The translations under genes were made by a program, and so were the position numbers. The notes beneath the pieces are model-generated. The model did not search any database. It had not been told where the DNA came from and saw nothing but the letters and a program-made list of their open reading frames with translations. DNA of 63,394 bases, counting the filler, from Anaerolineae bacterium (GTDB lineage: Bacteria > Chloroflexota > Anaerolineae > Epilineales > Epilineaceae), in assembly GCA_029262755.1 (NCBI GenBank). It is 6 parts of 6 records of this genome, joined end to end, with 100 filler letters (N's around TTAATTAATTAA, not from the genome) between each part and the next. Parts side by side here need not be neighbours in the genome. Positions count along the whole stretch, not along the records: positions 1 to 19,016 come from JAJCYU010000228.1; 5 more parts are not named here. One strand, written 5' to 3'. Positions 1 through 8,439 of the stretch are shown piece by piece (position 1 is the stretch's first letter; every line of letters begins with the position of its first letter).

Positions 1-326
1 CGGACTTCGGGTGACCTAACAGGCGCGCCCAGGAGATTGAGGACCGAACAAAGGCTGCCGAAGCGCAGCTCCAAGGGTCGGATGAGACAAGGTGATAACG
101 GAGTGCAACCACATCGATCGTGCCGCGTGAGGCACGATCGATGTGGTTGAAAAACGGAGAGTCTTGTACGACCGTGGACCAGCAGGCACCAATGGCTCGG
201 TCGCGTCGCATCCTGCGGAATCGCGCCGGACGTCGGAACGGCTCTCGGCTGAGACTTCGTTCGGCAACTACTCGATCAAACGCAAATCCGTCTACGTTCC
301 GGAGGTCGCGTCGCAACGCCGCTCGC

Positions 327-956
327 TCAGCAATCCGGGCAGCAGTACAGGCGCAAGCGGGCCGTCTGGATGCGCACCGCACCGTAGAAGGGGTCGTCCA
401 GGTCGTAGCTGATACCCTCGGGAAGGTCCGCGAGCGGCCAACATTCGGAGATCGGCAGGATGTCGCCGTTTTCCTCGTCACCGTAGTCGGGCACCATGGC
501 GCCCGACGCGAACGAGCCAGTGCCGCCGAGGCCGACAGACATCATTGGCTGGATCTTGCCGCCCGGCTCACCGTCACCGTCGCAGTCGGCCAAGAAGATC
601 TGGTCGAGATAGAGCTTGACGTGGCTGCAGTCCATGTCCGCCGGCGGCGGCTCCATGACGATCGTCGGCGCCCATGGATCTTCCCGTTGCGGCGTGCCGC
701 CTTGCGGGCAGCGACCCACGACCTGCGCAAACGCATAGCGCTCGCATTCGTCGAGCCACACGGGGTCCTCGACTTCCTCGCCCTCCTCGGCGTGCGCCGC
801 CGGCACCGGGCCGGCCAGCGCGGTAAGCCAGCCGGCGCCGCAAGCCACGACAAGCGCGATCAAAAGGAGGAGGTGGCGACCGCGCACGAGGCGGCGCGGG
901 CCGGATGCCGGCTGCGTATCACGAGCGTTTGCAACGGAGTGTCGAGTCCTGGACAT
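327..956 (-). CDS. Secreted Cys-rich hypothetical protein
   Basis: Basic N-region then hydrophobic stretch (LLLLIALVVACGAGWLTALA..AHA); acidic mature part with 8 Cys ending LYCCPDC; AAGGAG upstream of ATG. Confidence 0.6.
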   Translation of the reverse strand: MSRTRHSVANARDTQPASGPRRLVRGRHLLLLIALVVACGAGWLTALAGPVPAAHAEEGEEVEDPVWLDECERYAFAQVVGRCPQGGTPQREDPWAPTIVMEPPPADMDCSHVKLYLDQIFLADCDGDGEPGGKIQPMMSVGLGGTGSFASGAMVPDYGDEENGDILPISECWPLADLPEGISYDLDDPFYGAVRIQTARLRLYCCPDC

Positions 957-1240
957 GGGAATCTCCTTGCCGAAGTGGTATGGGACGACAGCCTACGGGC
1001 GCGGCGTCGCACTAACGTCGCACGGGCGCGCGACGTTCGTCCCAGCACCGCTGCTGGGCGCGCGGATGCACCCATGCGATCCAGTAAGCGGCGGCGTGTT
1101 GTTCGACCGCCGCGCGCGCCGAATCGCCGGCGACCACGGATCGACGGGCGAGCAGCGTTTCGGCAACCAAGTTTCGGGTTGGTCATTGCTCGCAGGGCGC
1201 CGAAATGGTCCCCGCAGCATCCCGTCGCGCGACTTCCGCG

Positions 1241-3019
1241 CTAGCCTTCGCGCAGGACGCGTGGCAGGAAAATCTCCGGACCATTCGGCGTCCCTTCGGT
1301 TGCCGTTGGCGTCGGCGTGGTAGGCGCGCCGTCCGGGGTTGGGGTCGTCGGCACACCATCCGGAGTGGGCGTCCCCGGAATCGTGCCCGGACCTTCGCGC
1401 TCGACGGCTCCGATGTCGCATACCGCGCTGCCATCCTCGTCGCCGTCCTGCGGCCGCACCGCGCCCCGTTGGTCGGTGGGCTGGCAACGGTTCGGGTGCC
1501 CGGCGTCGATGGCATCGCTCGAAGAGATCAGCGCGTGCGTGCGCAGCGGTCCGCCGTTGTCGTCCAGATCACGCAGACCGGCGTTGCCCGCGCTCACATC
1601 GCTGTTGCGTTCGAAGGCGCATGTGGCGTCCTCGTCCAGGTTGTGACCGTCCGAACGGATGGAGCCGTAGCAATCGCGGCCCGCGTCGTTGGCCACGATT
1701 GTTCCGGCCAGGCGCAGGATGTTGCCTTCGTTGGCGCTCAGGCCGGCTCCGGACTCCTCGTCGAAGCCCGTCGCGCGGTTCGCCGCTACCGTGCACTCGG
1801 TGAGCTCGAGCTTGTCCGCGGCGTCTGCGCGCGCCCCTCCGCCGTCTTGGGCCGTATTGCCGCTGATGGTGCACAGCGTGATCTCGACGTCCGCCTCGTT
1901 CTCGGCAAAGATCCCGCCACCGGCCTCCACGGCCGTGTTGTCGCTGAGCGTCGCGCGCGTCATGACCATCTCGCCCACCTGCGCGGGCGCAAACCCCTTC
2001 TGGACGGCAATGCCACCGCCGTTCAGGGCGCGGTTGCCGGAGGCGGCGAGCGTGTCCACGGTCAGGTTGCCCATGTTGAACACGCCGCCGCCGTTCTTGT
2101 CGGCGAGGTTGCGTTCAAACACGAGGCCCTCGAGGGTGACGCGCGCCGAGTTATACAAGCCGCCGCCCTCGCCGTGGGAGGTGTTGCTGATCACCGACGT
2201 ATCGCGCACGGTCAGCCGGCCCATGCCGAAGCAATAGATACCACCGCCCCACGTTCCGGTGCGGTTGTTCTCGATGGTTGAGCCTTCGATCGTTGCCGTG
2301 TCACGCGTCACGATGCCACCGCCGGTTGCGAAGGTCTGATCTTCTTCCGGAAGGTCCGGCGGGTTCATCGCCACGTTGCCCGCGACGAGCGAGTCGATGA
2401 GGTTGAGCGTGCCGTCCGCGTCGTTGTAGATGCCGCCGCCGCTATTGCTTGCGCGATTGTTGGTGATGCGGCTGTTGCGCACGGTCAGCTTGCCGGCATC
2501 GTTGTAGATGCCGCCGCCGTCGAATTGCGAGACGTTGGCGTTGACCGTCACGTTGTCGAGCGTGACATCGGCGCCCTTGATGTACATCCCGGCGCCATAG
2601 CGGTCCACATCGATCCTATAGCCGCTCCCGCCCGTCAAGGTGAGGCCTTCGATCTGGACCTTGAAGTTGCGGTCCAACGGTCCGGCTGCAGCGTTGTGCA
2701 CGAACAAGACGGGGCCGATCCGACCACCGCCGGCAATCGTCACACGCTCCGCCGACTCGCCGCGCAGCGTCAGATCCTTGGCGATCGTGACCCCGCCGAC
2801 GTACTCGCCCGCACCGATCGCGAGGACATCGCCCGCCGCGGCCGCGGCCACGGCCGCGTCGAGGGTCGCGTGGTCGCAGCCCGAAGCACAGACCGTGATG
2901 GTCGCGGCCCGCGCAGGAAGAGAGAAGAGGACCAGCGCGAGCAGCGCGAACGACGACGCGATCCAGGAAGCGGTCGCACCAGGTGTGCGGAATGGGGCAG
3001 GAAGGTACGAGCGGGACAT
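1241..3019 (-). CDS. Secreted parallel beta-helix (PMP-like GGGIYN repeats) protein with choice-of-anchor Q-like C-terminal domain and Pro/Thr tail
   Basis: AGGAG RBS before ATG 3019; signal peptide ending ARA-ATITVC; repeated GGG(I/L/V)(Y/F)N; DNGGP..THAL...AIDAG..DQRG..CDIGAVE; ends TPT..EIFLPRVLREG. Confidence 0.8.
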   Translation of the reverse strand: MSRSYLPAPFRTPGATASWIASSFALLALVLFSLPARAATITVCASGCDHATLDAAVAAAAAGDVLAIGAGEYVGGVTIAKDLTLRGESAERVTIAGGGRIGPVLFVHNAAAGPLDRNFKVQIEGLTLTGGSGYRIDVDRYGAGMYIKGADVTLDNVTVNANVSQFDGGGIYNDAGKLTVRNSRITNNRASNSGGGIYNDADGTLNLIDSLVAGNVAMNPPDLPEEDQTFATGGGIVTRDTATIEGSTIENNRTGTWGGGIYCFGMGRLTVRDTSVISNTSHGEGGGLYNSARVTLEGLVFERNLADKNGGGVFNMGNLTVDTLAASGNRALNGGGIAVQKGFAPAQVGEMVMTRATLSDNTAVEAGGGIFAENEADVEITLCTISGNTAQDGGGARADAADKLELTECTVAANRATGFDEESGAGLSANEGNILRLAGTIVANDAGRDCYGSIRSDGHNLDEDATCAFERNSDVSAGNAGLRDLDDNGGPLRTHALISSSDAIDAGHPNRCQPTDQRGAVRPQDGDEDGSAVCDIGAVEREGPGTIPGTPTPDGVPTTPTPDGAPTTPTPTATEGTPNGPEIFLPRVLREG

Positions 3020-3138
3020 GAAAGCTCCTGGGCACGATTCGATGGGTCGATCAGTATATGCAAACCCCACCGACACGCAGAGGGTGCCCCGCAGTTTCAT
3101 GACGTTGGGCATTAGATCAACGCTGCTTCGCGACCGGA

Positions 3139-4491
3139 TCAGTCGTGGATGTCGACCGGCGTGCCGATCTCCGCCCATTCGTAGAGCAGCTGGGACTCGA
3201 AGGTGTCGACGACCACGCATCCGTAGCTGATCGGGGAGCCCAGATATCCGCCCCACAAGCGGGTGCCATTGATAATCGGCAACGCGTGGATACCGTTCTC
3301 GGAGCCGCCTGCCCAATAGATGCCGAGCCAATTGGGCATCCAGAGCTGCCAGGCGCTCGACCAGGCGTTGGGGATCTTGCTCTGAACGGCGAAAGAACCG
3401 CGCCGCGTGGGGTGGGTGGCGAGCCCGGTGGAGATCGTCCAGTTGTAGACGAGATGGTTGCCTTCCCACACGTACATGCGCTGGTCGCCGATGTCGACCT
3501 CGACGCGCTTGTCGCCGAAGCCTGGCGAATAGCCCGTTCCCTGACGCGGCACGATCAAGCGTTGGCCCGCGGTGATGAGATCGCCGGAAAGACCGTTCAT
3601 GCGTTGCAGCGAGAGCGCGGTGGAGCCGTAGCGCGCCGCGATGGATGTGAGCGCTTCGCCCGGTTGGACGATGTGGGTTGTGGTCTTCACATTCGGTGCA
3701 GCTACGGGGGCGGCCGGCGGCTGGCCCGAGACCGGAGCTGGTGGAGCCGTATCGGGCGTTGCGGCACGGTCGCGTGCCGGCCCGTCACGCAGCACGAGCG
3801 TTTCGCCGGCGCGAATCGAGCCGTCGAGCGGCAGCCCGTTCTGCGTCTTCAGGCCCTCGATATCCAGTCCGTGGCGCGCGGCGATCGAAAACAGGGTATC
3901 GCCCGGTTGCACGAGATGGGTCGCAGCGTCGGCTTGGGTCGCGGTCAGGCTTGGTTCGCGTTCCGGTGCCACGGAATCGCCGGCCGCGGACGATTCCGTA
4001 CCGACGGCGGACGACGCGCGCGCCGGAGCCGCCGGTTCGTCGGCACGAGCATTGATCGCGCGATCGAGGGGCACGCGCAGGCCGGCTCCGGGCAACAGGT
4101 ACCCGGTAATCCGGATCCCGTTGAGCGTAGCAAGGTCCGGCACGCTCATGCCATAGCGCACCGCGAGACCGTATAAGGTGTCGCCCTCGCGCACGATATG
4201 GATACCGTAGTCGGTGCCTGTGGTTCCACCGAGCTGAAGCGGGGAACGCGCAAGCGGGTGGGCCGCCGCCGGCGATGGGTTCACCGCGCCGATGAGCGCA
4301 ACCATAAGCGCGGCGAGCAGGGCTTGGAGCACACGAAGCGGCGAAATGGGGAAGCCCCGACCCGCTGACTGCGCGTTATGCGCACAGCCAGCGGTCGGGG
4401 CCGCACCCGAAGCTTGAAGGATTGACGGATGCCGGTTCACGCTCGGCGAAACGGTTTGCATGGAGCGGAAGCGCGACACCACGGTGATCAT
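3139..4491 (-). CDS. LysM x3 plus L,D-transpeptidase (YkuD) protein
   Basis: Three H.V.PG(D/E)TL..IA.RYG-type LysM repeats; C-terminal VEVDIGDQRMYVWEG...GIHALP...SYGCV catalytic His/Cys motif. Confidence 0.9.
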   Translation of the reverse strand: MITVVSRFRSMQTVSPSVNRHPSILQASGAAPTAGCAHNAQSAGRGFPISPLRVLQALLAALMVALIGAVNPSPAAAHPLARSPLQLGGTTGTDYGIHIVREGDTLYGLAVRYGMSVPDLATLNGIRITGYLLPGAGLRVPLDRAINARADEPAAPARASSAVGTESSAAGDSVAPEREPSLTATQADAATHLVQPGDTLFSIAARHGLDIEGLKTQNGLPLDGSIRAGETLVLRDGPARDRAATPDTAPPAPVSGQPPAAPVAAPNVKTTTHIVQPGEALTSIAARYGSTALSLQRMNGLSGDLITAGQRLIVPRQGTGYSPGFGDKRVEVDIGDQRMYVWEGNHLVYNWTISTGLATHPTRRGSFAVQSKIPNAWSSAWQLWMPNWLGIYWAGGSENGIHALPIINGTRLWGGYLGSPISYGCVVVDTFESQLLYEWAEIGTPVDIHD

Positions 4492-4494
4492 CTC

Positions 4495-5523
4495 CTACTT
4501 GTTGATCTGAAGGCGTACGTCGCAGGGGCGCTCGGTCTGGCCCGTGTTGAACACGGCGGTCAGGCGCAGCGTGTAATCGCCGGCGGGCATGTTGCCGACG
4601 TACCACACGCCGAGCGTGGAATCGACGACCTTGCGGTGCACGGTCTCGCCGATGCTGATCCACTGGCTATCGAGCGGTGCGTGGCCCGGGCCGTACTCCA
4701 GCTTGTAGAACTGGAAGTCGTCCACCGAAGCGGTGCCGACGATGTGCAACGTGCCGGAAACCTTCGCGCGGTCGTGCGGTGTCACGATCTGCACGGCGCG
4801 TGCGCAGGCAGCCGGGCGTGTCGTCGTTGCCGGGCGCGGCGTCGGCTTGACGTGCTTCGGGCCGCGATCCTTGACGGGGGCCGGCTTCGGGTGGTGGACG
4901 ACAGGGCTACCCGTGCCGCAGGGAATATGCAGCGACTGTCCCGTGTAGATCATGTACGGATAGCCGAGCCCGTTCGCGGACGCGAGGGCATATACGGTCG
5001 TGCCGTTGTTCCATGCGATAGCGCTCAGCGTGTCACCGTAGCCGACCGTCAAGTAGCGACCGCAGGTCTTGGTCGGCGGCTTGCCGACGACGTGCCCGCC
5101 GCCGGGCATGCGCAAGGTCTGGCCTACATAGATGTAGTCGGGGTTGCTGATGCCGTTGGTAGCCAGCAGCGCCGATACGGTCGTGCCGTAGCGCCAGGCG
5201 ATGCCGAAGAGCGTTTCGCCGGGAGCGACCATGTGGCTGCCACCGCCGGCGTGCTGCGCTTGCACGGGCGCAGGTGCCGGCTTGTGGTATGCGGTGGGAA
5301 TCGACAACCGCTGGCCCGCCTGGAGGTAGTCCGGGTTGTAGATCCCGTTGGCCTTTGCCAATTCCTGGACCGTCATCCCGTAGTGGTAGGCGATGGAGTA
5401 CAACGTCTCGCCCGGCTGAACGACGTGGCCCGAGCCCGTCGCTTCCACGCGGGTCGGCCCGCCCAGCGCGATCACGAGTGCGACGATCAGGGATAGCGAC
5501 CCTGCTACGGCAATTTTGCGCAT
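4495..5523 (-). CDS. LysM x3 peptidoglycan-binding protein with C-terminal Ig-like domain
   Basis: AAGGAG RBS before ATG 5523; signal peptide; three LysM repeats; Ig-like tail (VSGTLHIVGTA..FQFYKLEY...GDYTLRLTAV). Confidence 0.88.
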   Translation of the reverse strand: MRKIAVAGSLSLIVALVIALGGPTRVEATGSGHVVQPGETLYSIAYHYGMTVQELAKANGIYNPDYLQAGQRLSIPTAYHKPAPAPVQAQHAGGGSHMVAPGETLFGIAWRYGTTVSALLATNGISNPDYIYVGQTLRMPGGGHVVGKPPTKTCGRYLTVGYGDTLSAIAWNNGTTVYALASANGLGYPYMIYTGQSLHIPCGTGSPVVHHPKPAPVKDRGPKHVKPTPRPATTTRPAACARAVQIVTPHDRAKVSGTLHIVGTASVDDFQFYKLEYGPGHAPLDSQWISIGETVHRKVVDSTLGVWYVGNMPAGDYTLRLTAVFNTGQTERPCDVRLQINK

Positions 5524-5537
5524 GGTGACGGTCTCCT

Positions 5538-5756
5538 TCACAACGAAGTGTGGATGGCGCCGCGGGCGCCGTCGGACGGGGGTGCGTCGCCGATGCGACG
5601 CGCGCGCAGGAATTCGGCGAGATCGTCGCGACCGACGCGATAGGATCCCTCCAACTTCACGGCACGCAATTTTCCGGCGCGAATATAGCGCCGAATTGTG
5701 TAGACGCTTACGCCGAGGCGGTCCGCGACCTCTTGCGGCGAGTAGTATTCAACCAT
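5538..5756 (-). CDS. Small MerR-like winged HTH DNA-binding protein (HTH_17, excisionase/BldC-like)
   Basis: YYSPQEVADRLGVSVYTIRRYIRAGKLRAVKLEGSYRVGRDDLAEFL matches the HTH_17 pattern. Confidence 0.88.
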   Translation of the reverse strand: MVEYYSPQEVADRLGVSVYTIRRYIRAGKLRAVKLEGSYRVGRDDLAEFLRARRIGDAPPSDGARGAIHTSL

Positions 5757-5765
5757 GATTAGCCC

Positions 5766-5835
5766 CGGGCTACGGTTTGGGCGCTGATGGCACGTGTTGC
5801 TACATGGTGCTACGCGCTGCCACTTGGTGCTCAGA
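5766..5835. promoter_or_regulatory. 10-bp-periodic direct-repeat array (GnTGCYAC), putative binding site
   Basis: Units at 5786 GATGGCACGT, 5796 GTTGCTACAT, 5806 GGTGCTACGC, 5816 GCTGCCACTT, 5826 GGTGCTCAGA, plus in-phase 5766 CGGGCTACGG. Confidence 0.6.
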
Positions 5836-5965
5836 GTATCCGATGGGTCGGCGAAGGGTCAAGCGTGAAGCTTAAAGACGGTGGGCTGACCTTCCCGCCG
5901 GAAGCGCCGATCGGCTACAGTGTGCGCGCTTTCGATTCGCGTCCTGTCGGCCAGGAGACACTGCC

Positions 5966-8326
5966 GTGCGCCAAAAGTCCTTGCACCTGCTCGAGTTCGA
6001 CAAGCTGCGCGCCCGCCTCGCCGACCAGACGGTATTCGGCGGCGGCCGCGAGCAGGCGCTTGCCCTCGTGCCGGCATGGTCGGCCGACGAGGTCGCCGCC
6101 GCACAATCGCTCACGCGCCAGGCGCGCGACTTCCTCGAGCGCCGCACGGGCCTCCTGCTCGACGGTGCGCACGACATGCGGTTGGAAGTGGAGTCTGCGG
6201 CTCGAGGCAAGATGTTGCTGCCGCGGGAGCTGCTTGAACTCCGTGATACCTTGGCTGCCGCCCGCCGCGTCAAGCGACCGATTCTGCGCGACGCGCCGCG
6301 CTGGCCGGACCTGGCGGTGCTGGCCGAACGGCTCGATCCCTGTTCAGCCGTGCACGATGCAATTCACGAAGCGCTTGACGACGAGGGCGAGGTTCAAGAC
6401 TCGGCCTCCGCGGAGCTGCGCAGGGTGCGTCGCAAGAAGCGCGTGGTGCACGATCGGATCGTGCGCCAGATGGAGGGTCTGCTGCGCGGCTCCGCGGCCG
6501 GCCACTTGCAGGAGTCTTTGATCACCCTCCGTGACGGCCGCTACGTGCTGCCCGTCAAGTCGGATTTTCGTAGCCGCGTCCCCGGCGTCGTCCACGACGT
6601 TTCCGACAGCGGCCAGACGGTCTTCGTGGAGCCGATGGCCGTCGTCGAGCTCGGCAACGAGCACCGCCAGCTCGTGCTCGAGGAGCGCAAAGAGGTCGAG
6701 CGGATCTTGCGCGAGCTCTCCCGTCGCGTGGCCGACGCCGCTGTGGAGCTCGTGGCCACGATAGACCAGCTGGCGACCATCGATCTGACCTTCGCCAAGG
6801 CGCGCTTCGGGGCGTCCATGCGAGCCGTCACGCCCGACATCGACCCCGCCGGAACACGGCCCGGTCTGCGTTTCGATGCCGCCCGTCATCCCTTGCTCGA
6901 TCCCGAGACCGTCGTGCCGGTGGACGTACGGGTCGGCTCCGGCGAGGACTACCACGTGCTGGTCATCACGGGCCCGAACACGGGCGGGAAGACGGTCACG
7001 CTGAAGACGATCGGGCTCTTCGTCGTCATGGCGCAATCGGGCCTGCAGATACCCGCCGCCGAGGGCGCACGGCTCGCGGTGTTTGACGGCGTCTTTGCGG
7101 ACATCGGCGACGAGCAATCCATCGAGCAATCGCTCTCGACCTTCTCGGGCCATCTGACCAACATCATCGCCGTGCTGGAACAGGCCGGACCGACGTCGCT
7201 CGTCCTGCTCGACGAGCTCGGCGCGGGCACCGATCCGGCGGAGGGAGCCGCCCTGGCCGGTTCCATCCTGGACCGATTGCGGCTGGACGACATCACCACC
7301 GTCGCATCGACCCACTATACGGAGCTCAAGACCTTCGCCGACGCGACGCCCGGTGTGGCGAACGCGTCCGTGGAATTCGACGTCGCGTCGCTCGCACCGA
7401 CCTACGAGCTCACCATCGGACTGCCGGGGCGGAGCAATGCGTTGGCCATCGCGGAGCGCCTTGGCCTACCGCTGTCCATCATCGAGGCCGCGCGGCAGGG
7501 TCTCGACCTCTCCGACGTGGAGATGGAGGATCTGCTCGCCGAGATCCGTGATGCAAGACGCAAAGCGACGGAGGATCGCGTGGTTGCCACGGAGCAGCGG
7601 CAGCGGGCCGATGCCTGGGCCGCCCGACTGGAGCGTGCGCTGCGCGACATCGAAGAACAGCGGGCGGAGCTGCTCAACACGGCGCGGAGGCAGGCGGAAG
7701 GTGAGCTCGATACGGCTCGGCGTGCGATCCGCAAGCTGATGGAGCGCGCCGAGCGAGCGGGCAGTGGGCGCGAGGCGCTCAAAGAGGCGCGGGCGCAGCT
7801 CGACGCGCAGGTGGAGACGTTGGAGGAGATCGTCGCCGAGCGTGAGGCCGCCGAACCCATCGTCGCGCCGCCGGAGCCGGGCGAGCTCGTGCCGGGGGCG
7901 CGGGTTCGGCTGCGTGCGCTCGGCGCAGAAGGCGAAGTGCTCGAGGCGGATGAGGACGAGGTCACGTTGCAGCTTGGCGCGATGCGTATGCAGGTGCCGT
8001 TGGCCGATGTGGAACTCGTCGCGGCCCCGGTTGCGGAGGCACCGCGCTCCGCGGGCCGCCACTTGGTTGGCGACGTACAGACCTCCCCGATGGAGTTGGA
8101 CTTGCGGGGAATGCGGGTCGAAGAATCGCTGAGCCAACTCGAAGAGATGCTCGATCGGGCGCTGCTGTCCGGCACGCCCTTCGTGCGTGTCATCCACGGC
8201 CATGGAACCGGTGCGCTGAAGAAAGCGGTACGCGACACGTTGCGCCGGCATCCTTCCGTGACGCGTCATCGGGCGGGGGAACGGGGCGAAGGTGGCGACG
8301 GAGCAACCGTGATTTACTTCGACTAG
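5966..8326 (+). CDS. mutS2: Endonuclease MutS2 with C-terminal Smr domain
   Basis: LEFDKL N-terminus, Walker A ITGPNTGGKT, DIGDEQSIEQSLSTFSGH, LLDELGAGTDP, KOW region, Smr LDLRG...IHGHGTGALK. Confidence 0.97.
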   Translation: MRQKSLHLLEFDKLRARLADQTVFGGGREQALALVPAWSADEVAAAQSLTRQARDFLERRTGLLLDGAHDMRLEVESAARGKMLLPRELLELRDTLAAARRVKRPILRDAPRWPDLAVLAERLDPCSAVHDAIHEALDDEGEVQDSASAELRRVRRKKRVVHDRIVRQMEGLLRGSAAGHLQESLITLRDGRYVLPVKSDFRSRVPGVVHDVSDSGQTVFVEPMAVVELGNEHRQLVLEERKEVERILRELSRRVADAAVELVATIDQLATIDLTFAKARFGASMRAVTPDIDPAGTRPGLRFDAARHPLLDPETVVPVDVRVGSGEDYHVLVITGPNTGGKTVTLKTIGLFVVMAQSGLQIPAAEGARLAVFDGVFADIGDEQSIEQSLSTFSGHLTNIIAVLEQAGPTSLVLLDELGAGTDPAEGAALAGSILDRLRLDDITTVASTHYTELKTFADATPGVANASVEFDVASLAPTYELTIGLPGRSNALAIAERLGLPLSIIEAARQGLDLSDVEMEDLLAEIRDARRKATEDRVVATEQRQRADAWAARLERALRDIEEQRAELLNTARRQAEGELDTARRAIRKLMERAERAGSGREALKEARAQLDAQVETLEEIVAEREAAEPIVAPPEPGELVPGARVRLRALGAEGEVLEADEDEVTLQLGAMRMQVPLADVELVAAPVAEAPRSAGRHLVGDVQTSPMELDLRGMRVEESLSQLEEMLDRALLSGTPFVRVIHGHGTGALKKAVRDTLRRHPSVTRHRAGERGEGGDGATVIYFD

Positions 8327-8338
8327 CGTTGTCTTCGA

Positions 8339-8375
8339 ATCATAACATGACTACTTACTCATGTTTTGATATGAT
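8339..8375 (+). promoter_or_regulatory. Inverted-repeat operator overlapping a putative sigma70-type promoter
   Basis: ATCATAACATGA-N8-TCATGTTTTGAT (11/12 match), AT-rich in a ~70% GC background; ATGACT (8347) is 17 bp from extended -10 TGnTATGAT (8367-8375). Confidence 0.55.
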
Positions 8376-8439
8376 ACGCTCCCGTCGCTTGAGACGGGCC
8401 ATGGCTCTTGCGGGAACGAATGCAGGGAGGACAGCGACG

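Noticed and set aside
16..267. 83-aa ORF at the window start
   Set aside because: No motif, RBS or compositional support.
5538..5756. Prophage/ICE excisionase
   Set aside because: No integrase, att-like tRNA or phage genes nearby; the context is a cell-wall gene cluster.
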